A stretch of 63,968 nucleotides of DNA, counting the filler, from Octopus bimaculoides (Eukaryota), in assembly GCF_001194135.2 (NCBI RefSeq). It is 6 parts of 6 records of this genome, joined end to end, with 100 filler letters (N's around TTAATTAATTAA, not from the genome) between each part and the next. Parts side by side here need not be neighbours in the genome. Positions count along the whole stretch, not along the records: positions 25,108 to 44,720 come from NC_068984.1; positions 44,821 to 56,935 come from NC_068994.1; 4 more parts are not named here. One strand, written 5' to 3'. The notes beneath the pieces are model-generated. The model saw only the letters and a list, made by a program, of their open reading frames with translations, did not search any database and was not told the DNA's origin. The first letter of the stretch is position 1, and every line of letters starts with the position of its first letter. A program made the position numbers and the translations under genes. This document shows positions 33,621 to 47,227 of this stretch, in pieces.

Positions 33621-36600
33621 TGTTTCTAAATTCTCACATCAACTAATAGCTTTATTTTGGTAGAGGTGAGTGCCAAGGAAGAGTCTGTGTGAAATAATTT
33701 ATTTGTTGTCAACAGGGGCATCCAGCTGTGGAAATTCTGCCAGATTGGATTGGTGTCTGGTGCAGCCATCTGGTTCGCTAGTCCTCAGTCAAATCGTCCA
33801 ACCCATGCCAGCATGGAAAGCGGACGTTAAATAAAGATGATTATAATGATGATGATGATGGAGAAAGAGAGACAACCGAAATGTGGGATCTAAAAAACAG
33901 AAACATTCCTTATAATAATGGAGGCATTAAGGTATTGCTCTTTTATTCTTTTACTTATTTCAGTCATTTGACTGCAACCATGCTGGAGCACTGCCTTTAG
34001 TCAAGCAAATAGATCCCAGGACTTACTCTTTGTAAGCCTAGTGCTTATTCTATCGATAACTTGCAGCTGTGTTGTACAACTTCAGAGGTGCATGTGGAAT
34101 TAAATATGAATGAAAGAAGAAAAGAAAAAAAGGAAACAGCTACACACGGAAAATCAATTTTTTTTTTTTTTGAATAATGCAAAATAAAAAAATTCTTGAA
34201 GCCGACGAAAAAGGAAATGAAACTGACAGTAAATAAGACTTCACTTAAATTATGTAACAATGGAAACTGGAGAGAAAATATTAAAATATTGAAGTCAAAA
34301 ATTGCATAAATGATTGGGAAGACGAAGCAGAATGCTCTGCCATTGTTCTTTTTGTTCTCTACATGAATATGTCACATACTTCTTCAGAGTTAACCCTTTT
34401 GTTGCCATTGTTGTTGCTTCTCCCCATCTCTCGTTCCTCACCCACTATACGTTCTTGCAATCCCCAACCACTCCTAGTTCCACTGTCCCCACTCACTCCT
34501 ACTCACCTCATACTTTTAGGGGCCATCTGGACACCTCATCACTATTTCATCTCCCTTCACTCATTCTCACACTCTCTTCTAAAATGTGAGTAACCACGCA
34601 GCCCCTTTACACCAAGAAACTTGTTCTGCTCTGCCCCCTCCCTTCTAGCATGCTTTCTGACAGCTCATTTCTAAGCAAATTCCTTCCAATCCTTTGGGGT
34701 TCACAGTCTTGCAAGTGACAAGGTGACCTCACTAGTGCTGGTAGCATAAGAAAAGTACCTGATGTAAAGTGGTTGGCATTAGGAAGTGTATCCAACTTTA
34801 GAAAACCACGCAGGAATAAGACAGTGGAATACAATGCAACCCATAGACCCATCAGATCCTGTCAAACTGTCCAACCCATACATTAATAGGTGCAGGCATG
34901 GTTGTGCACTTTCAGATTTATTATAACCCCAGGCTGACCAAAGCCTTTGAGTGGAATTGATGGATGAAAACTGAAGAAAACCAATCATAAATATATATGT
35001 ATAAATGTGTGTGTATGTGTGTGTGTGTGTGTGTGAGCATGCGTGCACGTATTTGTGCTGCCATTACATGATGGTTTTAGGTAGTGGGTAGCGATTTTCT
35101 TCACTACTTCAGGGAGTGACGACCCTGCCTGACACGAGTCCCGGGCTCAGCTGGCTCCGGCTGACAGTACCCGGTATGGGCCCCTATCCAGGGTTTAAGG
35201 AAAGGAGACAACCTTCAAAGAAATCTAGAGTGGAGCCCCGTAGACAGTTTAGTGTTCGACTCGACACTCTTCCAGCAGTTCCTGCAACCAAGCTGGTGCC
35301 AACTATAATGCTCTGCACTTCTTTGGACTACCTCAGCAAGGTCGATGGACATTAAATGCTGCTGCTGATGATATTTAACTCTCCATTTTTCTATTTCCCT
35401 TCCATATACATACCTTAACACTCTAATAGGAATCAACCAAAAACCAGCCAAACGGAAGCAGAGGAGTTCAAAATGTTCCAGGTTTCTTTCAAAACTCAAT
35501 AGAAAAGCAACAGCTTTTATTTTCCCTCACCAATTCCAACCTTCAACAGACAGCTTCTCATTAATTCCATTTCAATATGTTTTCCTTCTAATTCCCTGGT
35601 GCAGTGATCTTTCTTAATTCCTGACAGAAAGGAATTCTTTGAAACAAATGCCAACACTTAACATTTAAAGAAAGCAATTATAAAACTGCTTGCTTTATAG
35701 TCGTCTTCTGGACCAATTCTTATGCCAGTTCTACTTGAGTAACATTGTCCTTTTCACCATTCTATAACCATTCTTCAGAGAAGAAGGGAGTAGAGAATGG
35801 GTCACCAGTAAAATACAGAACTAAGGCATTTGGTTACATAATAGTCAAGTTGGCCGTTAGTTTGGTTCTTCCTAAGACATTCATTGGTCTAAGACTGATG
35901 TCAATTTTTTTATCTGCCACATAAATCTTACGAAGGACAAAATGTTATGTCAAATGTAGCAGAATTATAAATTGAGATTGTAAGACTTAAGAAAATCATT
36001 ATTAGATATACAAGCCAATGAGAGCCTCTGTGTGGTCACACAACCTGCTAGAAATAGCAGCCAAATGTCCCTCAAATTACACTACCTTCTTGGAGAAGGA
36101 CAGGCATATAACAAACCAGGGTAGTCATGACTGAGATGTTTTTGATCACATTTCTCCTCAAACAGGGTTTACGTGTGACTAAGCAACACCATTACCATCT
36201 TCTTACATTAATAGGTGCAGGCATGGTTGTGCACTCTCAGATTCAGCCCCATTACACGACACCTTGGGCGAATGTCTTTTATTATAACCCCAGGCTGACC
36301 AAAGCCTTTGAGTGGAATTGATGGATGAAAACTGAAGAAAACCCATCATAAATATATATGTATGAATGTGCGTGTGTGTATTTGTGCTGCCATTACATGA
36401 TGGTTTTAGGTAGTGGGTAGCAATTTTCTTCACTACTTCAGGGAGTGACGACCCTGCCTGACACGAGTTCCGGGCTCAGCTGGCTCCAGCTGACAGTACC
36501 CGGTATGGGCCCCTATCCAGGGTTACAGAAAGGAAACCTTTAAAGAAATCTGGAGTGGAGTCCCGTAGGCAGTTTAATGTTCAANNNNNNNNNNNNNNNN

Positions 36601-38467
36601 NNNNNNNNNNNNNNNNNNNNNNNNNNNNNNNNNNNNNNNNNNNNNNNNNNNNNNNNNNNNNNNNNNNNNNNNNNNNACATCTAGCCCAGGCCTGCACAAA
36701 ACTGGAGAGGACAGGAAATGTAAAAACCAGACTGGATTAGTTTATGCACAACTCCATTGTCTCCCGAGACAATGGATGCCAACAAACAACAACATGATGG
36801 TTGTAAACGAGCATCAGTGTCAAACGAGCCGTGTTCTTTATTTCCAGTCTTGTGTAAAAAACATGCCTGGTCATGAGGAAATATGTTGTCTAGAAATAGA
36901 TGAAGGTTGGCATCCAGCCATAGAAAACCTACTAAGAGGTTTTGCAAGCTCTTCTAAATCCACTGCAATATTTGAAACCCTTCCGTATCACCAGTAGGTA
37001 ATCTCAGGGTTCCAAGCAATTCCCCTCTTAACCTGTATGCTTCACCTGAAAAGGGCAGTGAGGGTTCCATTTGCTGTCTCTGACCAACCACCTTAAGCTG
37101 CCATGCCTCTATCTTCTTCGTGGCTTTCTTCAGGAAATAGCATCCCAATCTAGCTGGAAAGCCATGGTAGATCATGGAATAAATGGTGTAAATGGTGTAA
37201 AGGGTGGAAGAACTAAATGTCTTAATGTCTTAAAGATAAACTAAATGTCTTAATGTCTTAAAGATAAACTAAATGTCTTAAAGATAAACTCAAATTGCAC
37301 CAGGCTCTTGTAATTCAAAAGACTCCAGCTTTTCTAGTCTTCAGATGGTGAAATAATGATTTCAAGTTTTATTTACAAAGCCAGCAATTTTAGGGAAAAA
37401 GTAGTTAAATTACCTTGACTCCAGTGCTTAACTAGTACTTATTTTATCAACACCAAAAGGGTCAAAGACAGAGTCAATCTTGGCAGAATTTGAACTCAGA
37501 CCCTAAACAGCTAGAATAAATACTGATAAGAATTTTTGTCCAATACACTAACAACCCTGCCAGCGCACCGCCTTAGGGCAGTTGAAATAATACCATGGGG
37601 CTATTTTAAGTGATTCCTTCACATGCTTGTAGTTATTTTAGGTAATACCCCACAAAAAATATAACAAATGTAAAAAAAAAAAAAGGTTTTAATCTAAAAA
37701 GGAAACACTGTCAGTGAAATTAGATTATCTTTTTGTGTCCTTTCAACTGAGTTGATGGCCAAAGTGTCTTGTCATTATTTGCACAGGAAGCTTGTCAATA
37801 ACTGAATAGTCAGGCAAGAAAATAAACTTGTCAAATGTCAAAGCCAAAACATAACAACCTGCAATCATTTTAGCTGGTTTTATTTAAACTGGCAAGGCAC
37901 AGACAGATACACAGGCCTTGACTGACGTTATAACAGAAACACAAACCCAGGCAGAATAAATGCTAACCACCACCACCAACAACAACAACACAACCATCAC
38001 CACCACCAACATCATTACTACCAACCAATAGTTGAACATTCATTTCCCTATCCACAAAACTGACCTCAACACTGAGGTTACATGCACATCACAGCTTAAC
38101 TCTACTTTTCGTCAATCTATCTTGTCATTTCATATATTAGATGTTATTAACTTATTAAACTGAAATCTGTTTTAACTTGATTACCACAAGAGTTTCTATT
38201 GCCATCATATCTCTACTACAGCTATCATTTTACTAAAACAGCTCAAGGAATTTTGTCAATTGACGGAAATTGTTGCCAATTACAGACAACCATCTATTTT
38301 CCGAGCCATCACACTTAGTTACTGCTTCTAATACTAACTTATTTTCTCTGGTCTGTTGAGAGGCATCAAATTACAATTCATCACCATCATCATTTAACAT
38401 CCATCTTTCCATACAATAAACCACCAATAAAGCACTAAGATGACCAATATTATTACAGCAAAGGTAT

Positions 38468-39080
38468 GGTGGTGAGCTGGCAGAATCGTTAACACGTCAG
38501 GCGAAATGCTTGGTGGTATTCCGCCTGCCGTTACGTTCTGAGTTCAAATTCCGCCGAGGTCGACTTTGCCTTTCATCCCTTCGGGGTCGATAAATTAAGT
38601 ACCAGTTACGCACTGGGGTCGATGTAATCGACTTAATCCGTTCGTCTGTTCTTGTTTGTTCCCTCTATGTTTAGCCCCTTGTGGGCAATAATGAAATAGG
38701 TATTTCGCCTGCCAATATGTTCTGGGTTCAAATTCCACCAAGGTTGACTTTGCCTTTCATCCTTTCGGGGTCAATTAAGTAAGTACCAGTTATACATTGG
38801 GGTTGAAGTAATTGAATTAAATCCCTCCCCCAAGCTGCCCTTGTGGCAAAAAAATTTGAAATCATTATTACAACGAAAGTGGTGAACTGGCACTGCAGGC
38901 AAAATGCTTAGCTTCGTTTCATCCGCTGGGTTCAAATTCCACTGAAGTCAACTTCGTCTTTTATCCTTTCAGGTTCAATGAAATAAATACCAGTTGAGAA
39001 CTGGGGTCAATGTAATCAACTAACCACTTCCTCCTGCCAAAATCTCAAGCTTTGCACCTATAGTAAAAAGGATTATTATT
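38468..39080 (+). mobile_element. Cluster of about 3 tRNA-derived SINEs with a Deu/Nin-like core (type B)
   Basis: ggtgagctggcagaatcgtt head and ctttgcctttcatcctttcggggtcgataaattaagtaccag core repeated three times. Other copies at about 19285-19490, 25278-25495 (-), 27725-27945, 37375-37575 (-), 50450-50655 (-) and 52625-52835 (-). Confidence 0.75.
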
Positions 39081-39094
39081 AAAGTTGTGAATCT

Positions 39095-39577
39095 TTCTTT
39101 CATTGGACACTAAACTATGCTTGTGGAGACCTGTTGAGGCAAGTGAAATCGGAATCGAATTCGATGACAGCACCGCATGACTGGCATCCATGCTAGTGGA
39201 GTGCTAAGAGCACCATCCAAGCGTGATCGTGGCCAGGGCCGCTGTGTAGGCCCCCGTGCCAGTGGCATGTAAAACGTACCATTTGAGCGTGATTGTTACC
39301 AGCATCGCCTTACTGGCACTTGTGCCGGTGGTACAAGGAAAACACCATTTGAGCGTGGCCGTTGCCAGTACCGCCTGACTGGCCTTTGTGCCGATAGCAC
39401 GTAAAAAGCACCCACTACACTCTCAGAGTGGTTGGCGTTAGGAAGGGCATCCAGCTGTAGAAACCATGTCAAAACTGACAGTAGAGCTTGGTGCAGTCAT
39501 CTGGCTCACTAGCCCCCAGTCAAACCATCCAACCCATGACAGCATGGAAAGTGGACGTTAAATGATGATGATGATGA
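39095..39577 (+). mobile_element. RTE 3' UTR (long fragment)
   Basis: ctgttgaggcaagtgaaatc start, subrepeats and (GAT)n tail. Confidence 0.75.
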
Positions 39578-40048
39578 AGAATCGAATGCTCAACAGCATT
39601 TCTTCTGGCTCTTTACAATCTAAGATCAAACATTGGTATGGTCAAGTACCAATCAAGAACCAGAGTTGGCACAATCAATTTGCCCACCCAAAAGCTGCTA
39701 AAATTACTGGCCTTGAGCAGATCGATTTTCTCTTTACTTCTGTTTATCATGGGGTTGGTGATTGAAATGGAAAAGCTTTTGACCTTTTTTTGCAAAGCCT
39801 TGTGGGATTCAAATTACTCTCCAGACAAGAGATTAGACTCAAACACTTTTCCTACAAAGTGGAGAACACCTAATGCCTTCAAGAGCCAGGTGGTGCACTT
39901 AAGAGCTATGCCGAGGATTAAGTCTACAGTTCTGGATGTTACTTACACTAGCATCCTGTAATATGAAACGTCTGCTGCCAGATACGAGCTCCTCTTAAGC
40001 CAATCAGCTCATCTCATTAGCCAGGCAGCCATTCCACACAACCCCCAC

Positions 40049-40080
<32 letters not shown>

Positions 40081-41166
40081 TTTAGTGCAAGAGGGCAGTA
40101 TAACAGCAATAATACAAAGTACTAATAAATAGTTAATAGTACAAGCAGTGTAGAACAGTATGTACCAATAGAACATGTACAGTTACACACACAGACACAC
40201 ACACAAAGAATTGTATGAGAGCTCATTAAACAGGTTAAAAATCAATGGAGTCTGTTGTGATAGATATTAAGTCGAGTTGTGCGACTTTGGAGTCATGAAA
40301 ATCCAATAGGATCAATGAAGCTGATGGTCATGGGANNNNNNNNNNNNNNNNNNNNNNNNNNNNNNNNNNNNNNNNNNNNNNNNNNNNNNNNNNNNNNNNN
40401 NNNNNNNNNNNNNNNNNNNNNNNNNNNNNNNNNNNNNNNNNNNNNNNNNNNNNNNNNNNNNNNNNNNNNNNNNNNNNNNNNNNNNNNNNNNNNNNNGGAG
40501 TGAGAGGAGGAGTAGATACATAAATGAAAGAAGATAAGAAGGCAAAACAAAAACCAAAAAAAATACAATAGAAGAAGAAAGGAGTCAAAATGATGAAGGG
40601 GGTGACTGCAGAAGTAAGGGTGGGGGTGACAGAAATAGAGGAATCGATTGATGAAACCAGTAAATATCACAATAACAGCAGCAGAGGTTGTATTGTATTT
40701 AAGGGGATTAGATATCCAATATATTAAGGTATACAATTAATTAACTAGTGCTTCCAATTAACTGAGTTTTACTCAATATGTTACATAAGCCTTCCAAAAC
40801 ATACAAGAAAAAGCAGAAATAATAAGTTTTACAGATCTTATGCATAAATAAATAAATATGTAAAACACATTATTTATGCTTGTTCTTGTATATCATTCTG
40901 TGAAAAAGACCAGTTTAACTGGGAAAGGTAACCACGAATTTACAAAGTCAACTTGTGATGGACTTCGACTTCAGGCCTTTCCTTTAGTTTACCTGGAGTT
41001 TGACACCAATCTGAAAATATTTTGCTAGCTTGGTGTCATCATTATCATCAAGTAACATCTATTTTCCATGCTGGCATGGTTTGGATGGTTTGACTGGACC
41101 TGGCTCCTATATTAAAACTATTTAAACTGTTCATATTTTCCTTCTTTTATTACATATGTTTACACG

Positions 41167-41895
41167 CAGGAGTGGCTTGCTTCTCAACCACATGGTTTAG
41201 GGTTCAGTCCCACTGTGTGGCACCTTGAGCAAGTGTCTTCTGCTATTGCCTCGGGCCGACCAAAGCCTTTTGAGTGGATTTGGTAGATGGAAACTGAAAG
41301 AAGCCAGTCAAATATATGTATATACATATGTATGTGTGTGTATANNNNNNNNNNNNNNNNNNNNNNNNNNNNNNNNNNNNNNNNNNNNNNNNNNNNNNNN
41401 NNNNNNNNNNNNNNNNNNNNNNNNNNNNNNNNNNNNNNNNNNNNNNNNNNNNNNNNNNNNNNNNNNNNNNNNNNNNNNNNNNNNNNNNNNNNNNNNNNNN
41501 NNNNNNNNNNNNNNNNNNNNNNNNNNNNNNNNNNNNNNNNNNNNNNNNNNNNNNNNNNNNNNNNNNNNNNNNNNNNTGTGGCACCTTGAGCAAGTGTCTT
41601 CTGCTATTGCCTCGGGCCGACCAAAGCCTTTTGAGTGGATTTGGTAGATGGAAACTGAAAGAAGCCAGTCAAATATATGTATATACATATGTATGTGTGT
41701 GTATATGTTTGTGTGTCTGTTTGTCCCTCCAATGCTGGTGTGTTTATGTCCCCGTAACTTAGCGGTTCGGCAAAAGAGACCAATAGAATATGTACTAGGC
41801 TTACAAAGAATATGTCCTAGTGTTGATTTGTTCGACTAAAGGCAGTACCCCAGCATGGCCACAGTCAAATGACTGAAACAAGTAAAAGAATAAAA
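41167..41895 (+). mobile_element. Type A SINE with its head duplicated across an N gap
   Basis: 41217-41344 is repeated essentially identically at 41577-41705. Confidence 0.8.
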
Positions 41896-41922
41896 GAATA
41901 TAATATATCAGCCTCTGTGTAT

Positions 41923-41982
<60 letters not shown>

Positions 41983-41983
41983 A

Positions 41984-42156
41984 CATGCATATAAGAAGCG
42001 GTGACCACTAAGTGGACATCCGATATGCCCGCTTATGTTTTGGTGTTTGCTGAATTATTTCTGGAGAACATGCTTTTTCTTTGTGATTAGATCATAGGTG
42101 ATCTTTTTCTAGCATATTGGATGTCCACTTAGTGGTCATCCCTTCTTATACGCATG
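41984..42156. mobile_element. TA-target MITE with approximately 45-bp TIRs
   Basis: TA|CATGCATATAAGAAGCGGTGACCACTAAGTGGACATCCGATATGC ... GCATATTGGATGTCCACTTAGTGGTCATCCCTTCTTATACGCATG|TA. Confidence 0.85.
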
Positions 42157-42779
42157 TAATACAATTTTTCTGAATTTTCAGATTTTTTTATTTGCTAGGC
42201 CACTGACTTTAAATTGATGTTAATTAAATTAATATTCAATTTATCACCCTCAGTATATAAATATGTATGTATGTATGTATGTATATAAAAAATTGAGAAT
42301 AAAATCTACGTTAGGTTTTTATCAGGTAGTTAACATGCAATCAACCAGTTATGGTAAAATTAATCAATTTATAAATTAATATATAAAATTAATATATCAG
42401 GGGCAAACACGTGTGTATACGAGTCACACTGCATGCTAGAAGAAGATGCCAATGTCTGAAAACTACCTAACATATCACCATAAAAATAACAAACCCCTTA
42501 CTCGTGCATATAAACGAAACAGATTCATGAAACGGTTCAATTCCATATCAATTGATTTCAAAATTAAGGGGCAATCCTTTTTCTATCGCCAGTGTAATAT
42601 AACCAGGTCAATGCACATAAACACAAACAAAATACATACCCATGAGCCCTGTGTTGTTCGTACTTACATACAGAATAAAAATTCAAAAATCTGGTATCGT
42701 TTATTTCGACCACGTGTTAAGAACCATATAATCCAGCAACACAGAGCTCACGTGCATGCGTGTGTGTGTGTGTGTGTAT

Positions 42780-42940
42780 TTTTCTATTTTCTCTCCTTGT
42801 CTATTTCTGTGCTCCTTTCTGTTGAAGAGCGTAGGCTCGAAAGGTAAAAGACTTTCTCACTTCCCGAGCGTTAAACTAATACATCTGCTTGTTGTTTACA
42901 CAAGTCTTCGACTTTTGTGTTTTTGTAAATTCTCACTATA
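42780..42940 (+). mobile_element. Short repeat with a variant hammerhead-like core (copy 1)
   Basis: cttt-CTGTTGA-A-GAGC[GTAG]GCTC-GAAA-GG-TA-aaag at 42815-42850; shared tail cccgagcgttaaactaatac. Confidence 0.65.
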
Positions 42941-43683
42941 TATGTGTGTGTGCATATATGTGTATGTATGTATGTATATATATATATATATATAGCAACA
43001 TCAGCATCATGTAACACTTAAAGCGACTGGATTAGCAAATGTATTTCAACTTGGGAAAACTAGATGGCTTATAAAAACTAGCAGTATCCATGGAAATGCC
43101 ATGGTTCTTTAGAAAACTACAAGATTATTGGAAGTTTATAGCGAAACCATGATATACATAATATTTTCTGAAATTGAGGTTTTATGTTGTTGTTCTTTTT
43201 TATTATTTAAAGTGTTTCATTCTTCTGGAGGTGTGAAGTGAGCATGAGTAATAGAGAGAGAGTTCAATGACAAATAAGAGAACATCATTGAAAATTATAT
43301 TCTTTTTCATTCACTTCATCTTCCAATATCTATTGTTTTCATCTTTACATCACAAAGTAAACAATTTTAACTTGAGAATGAAATCAAAAATATTATCTTT
43401 AAATATCATTCAGCTAAAGTATGACATGGCTGTGTGGTAAGAAGGTTGCTTCCCAATCGCATGGTTCCAGGTTCAATCCTACAGCATAGCACCTTGGGCA
43501 AAGCCTTGTGAATGCATTTGGTGGATAGAAACTGAAAGAAGCCTGTCATGTATGTGTGTGTGTGTGTGTGTGGGTGTGTGTGTGTGTTTCTCCCCCACCA
43601 CTGCTTGACAACTGGTGTCTGTTTACGTCCCCATAACTTAAACAGCTCAATAAAAAGAGATGGAAACTCCTTTTGCACATGCA

Positions 43684-43716
<33 letters not shown>

Positions 43717-43791
43717 NNNNNNNNNNNNNNNNNNNNNNNNNNNNNNNNNNNNNNNNNNNNNNNNNNNNNNNNNNNNNNNNNNNNNNNNNNN

Positions 43792-43842
<51 letters not shown>

Positions 43843-44720
43843 TACGCACACATATCATAATTTATCAGGCAATTGTCTTTGAAATACTAGTAAATTTTGT
43901 ATCTCTAATAGATTACATCTTTGGTTGTGTTTCATAATAACAGTCTTACATGTAACAGAAAACGATGACGACGGTGATGACGGCGACATATGACAAGAAT
44001 AAATATTAATTAAGAAAAGCTAAGTGTAAACAAGTTAGCAATAACGGATGCAACAGTGTGAGAAATTTGTCTTTGACGAGAAACAAACACTTCACCATTT
44101 GTTTCTTAGCAGGATTGTTTGTTTCTTTCTTTATTTCTTTTAACCCTTCTCATTCCAACCTGCTAGAGACCATCCTTAATTCTTTGATATAAGCTTCCTG
44201 TTTTAAAGTGAGCTAAATTTAAACTGTCCTTCAAAATTCCAAACAACAGTTTCACAATAACAAAGCTATTTTAATATGTTCTTTAAGAATTGTTTTCGAA
44301 AATTAATTGAAAGAAAAACAGTGCTTTCCACCAGAAGAAAGGTAACAAAACGCTAAACACAAAACATTCTTAACTCTTTTACTCGTTTCAGTCATTTGAC
44401 TGTGGCCATACTGGAGCACCAGTACTTATTCTATCGGTCTCTTTTGCTGAACCGCTAAATTATGGGGGCGTAAACACATCAGCAACGGTTGTCAAGCGAT
44501 GTTGGGGGGACAAACAGACACACATACATACATATATATATATATAGTGGCTCGTGTGTTCTCGTCTACGTTTGTTTGCAATGTCCTGTACCCAGATATG
44601 CACCTATACATACAGGTGGATGTCGGTATGCACATACCTGTACGTATATATGCATATACTCATTTACTTTTGTTTTTACATGATTGAACGCAGCATCTCA
44701 CAAAAATTGTAAGTAGTTTT

Positions 44721-44820
44721 NNNNNNNNNNNNNNNNNNNNNNNNNNNNNNNNNNNNNNNNNNNNTTAATTAATTAANNNNNNNNNNNNNNNNNNNNNNNN
44801 NNNNNNNNNNNNNNNNNNNN
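44721..44820. other. Artificial scaffold linker
   Basis: Same structure. Confidence 0.97.
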
Positions 44821-45060
44821 AGTGGCTGTTGTTGTTGTTCTGTCGGTGATGGTGGTAGTGGTTGGTGGTGGTGGTGGTGGTGGAGGTGGAGGTGGTGCTG
44901 CTGCTGCTGCTGATAATAATAATGATGATGATGATGATGTTGGTAGTGGTGATTGTTGTTGTTGTTGTGGTGGTGGTGGTGGTGGTGGTCGTCGTCGTGA
45001 TGATGATAGTGGTAGTGGTTGTGATGATAGTAGTAGTGGTGGTGGGAACCATTGTTGTTG
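44821..45060. repeat. Compound (GGT/GCT/GAT/GTT)n trinucleotide array
   Basis: Read directly. Confidence 0.95.
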
Positions 45061-45448
45061 TTTAGTCCGAGGTCAGCTGTTACCGAGCCCGCCCTCTATG
45101 TGTGTGTGTGTGTGTGTGCACATAATCTCCGTAGTCACGAGAACGACTGAACGCCATCCATAGATCCAGTCTAGCAGATAAATTATACTTCTTCCCTCAG
45201 CATGTTTAAATATGTTTTTAATCACAAGATTTATGCATTTATATGTGCAACTACATCCTATTTCAATAGGATAAACTCCAGAATGCAGGGAGACTAGTGA
45301 AGATGGACGTCGGTTTGAATAGTGATAAGTAGAGCCTCCGAGATATATTTTTTAAGGTGAAACAAAATTACTTTCTGTTTGCAGGGAAAGCTTCTCTCAA
45401 AAATTGAACAAGTTATGAGAAGTTAATCGTTTTGTGGCCAATAAAAAA

Positions 45449-45482
<34 letters not shown>

Positions 45483-45529
45483 ATTATTATTATCATTATC
45501 ATTATTTTTATTATTATTATTATTATTAT

Positions 45530-45965
45530 TATACACTCAACAGATTTTAGACTGTAGGAAAAGAAAAGTATCCTAAAATCAGGCTACAACAAGTGGCCTT
45601 AGATGCCACGAACCTTCATAATTATCCTAGGTTACAGCAAGTAACCTTAGATGCCAAGAACCTTCATAATTATCCTAGCTGTCCCTAATAACACCGTTTT
45701 CTGCAGCTGTACTAAACTGGGTTTTATGCCTATTTCCTCTATCCATCTGTTCAGATCTTTAGGGATAGTTCCCAATGTACCTACAACTACTACGAGACAT
45801 TTTTACCTGCACTTTCCATAGTCTTTGCAATTCAATCGCTAAGTCCTGGTACTTTTCTATTTTTTCTTTACTTCTCATATTAATGCTTTCATCATTTGGT
45901 ACTGTAAAGTCAATTATCTGGCACTTTCTATTCTCTCGAACTAGGATCGTTGTACCAACTGAACG
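45530..45965 (-). mobile_element. R4/Dong-type element 3' end abutting (TAA)n
   Basis: RKCQIIDFTVP..E...KEKIEKYQDLAIELQRLWKVQV ... WIEEIGIKPSLVQLQKTVLLGTARII.KVLGI*, then 3' UTR and a (TAA)n array. Confidence 0.88.
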
Positions 45966-46789
45966 CACCTCTTCACACAGGCTCTGCTAAATAAGATCCA
46001 AGAGAACTTGTAGTTGTCAAGAAGATTTGGTTGCCGAATGGGAATGAGAATAAAATCTGATGTTTGAAACAGAGCGGTCAAGTAATGGCCATTACTTGAG
46101 CATTCCGTCAAAACAGTTGATTGGTTTGACATGAGGTTTTTCATGATTAAATTTGAGGATTACAGCCCATATGTGCGTGCGCGCGCTTATGTGTGTTTGC
46201 AAGGATGTTAATTGTTAGTGAGGCGAATCATATGCTGTAGTAGTAGTCGTAGTAGTAGTAGTAGTAGTAGTAGTTTATCCTCTAATTTGTCAGTACTGAT
46301 TGGGCTAACAAATGGTCAAAGGTACCCTGCACTGTTTTCTTTTTGCTTGTTTATTCTGTTTTTTTTTAAATTTTATTTTTATATTTTTGTACATCCATGA
46401 CTGCATTCACCAAAGTGTCACTAGAGTCTAATTTGAGGAAATAAAACAAGAAAATGGGCTGCTATTTCTAGTAGGTCGAGTGAGCACGTTGATGTAGCAG
46501 TTGTTTTTGATTTTATTGATGATGATGATGATGATGATGTTGCCATTGATGATGATACTGATGCTGTTTCTGTCTAACTAGTAATTAGTCAAAGAAGAGC
46601 TGCGCCCATCATCTTTTTATTCTACCCTAGAAAGATGAAACAGCCTAAGTTAATATTTAATTCAAACTAAATCTACAGTTTTAATCTGTCTGTAGTATCT
46701 GCAGATTTTTTATTAATTCGGCAAAGATATTTTTCTTCTTTTATCTTCAAAATTATGCTAACGTATACCTAATCTTTGTTATTGTACTC

Positions 46790-46900
46790 ACTTTCTTTGC
46801 CCCGTCCCTGATTACTATGTCCGGTCTGTTGTGCCCATTTTTTTTCAGTGGTTTTATCAGAGACATTTCTACATTAAACTTTCTCATATTATGGGTGAGT
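46790..46900 (-). mobile_element. Short RLE-type LINE fragment
   Basis: HNRPDIVIRD.AKK motif only. Confidence 0.45.
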
Positions 46901-47157
46901 ATGCTGTCTGTATCGCTGTAACTTATATCTTTATCTTCAGGAATATTCATACGCGTTGGCACATATGTCTGTGCATACGTGTATGTATATATATGTATGT
47001 ACAGGCAACGTCGATATGATGGTGAGAGTGAGTTAATATACAGCACAAACATTTGATAAGTACAAACAAATCATTTGTTCAGGCTATTCAGCAAGAAATT
47101 TCATAACTATCTTTCTCGGACTACGACGCACTACCATCATGTGCGTGCATGTGAGTG

Positions 47158-47227
<70 letters not shown>

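Noticed and set aside
41217-41705. Tandem SINE head duplication as a biological event
   Set aside because: Identical copies flanking an N gap indicate unmerged contig overlap.
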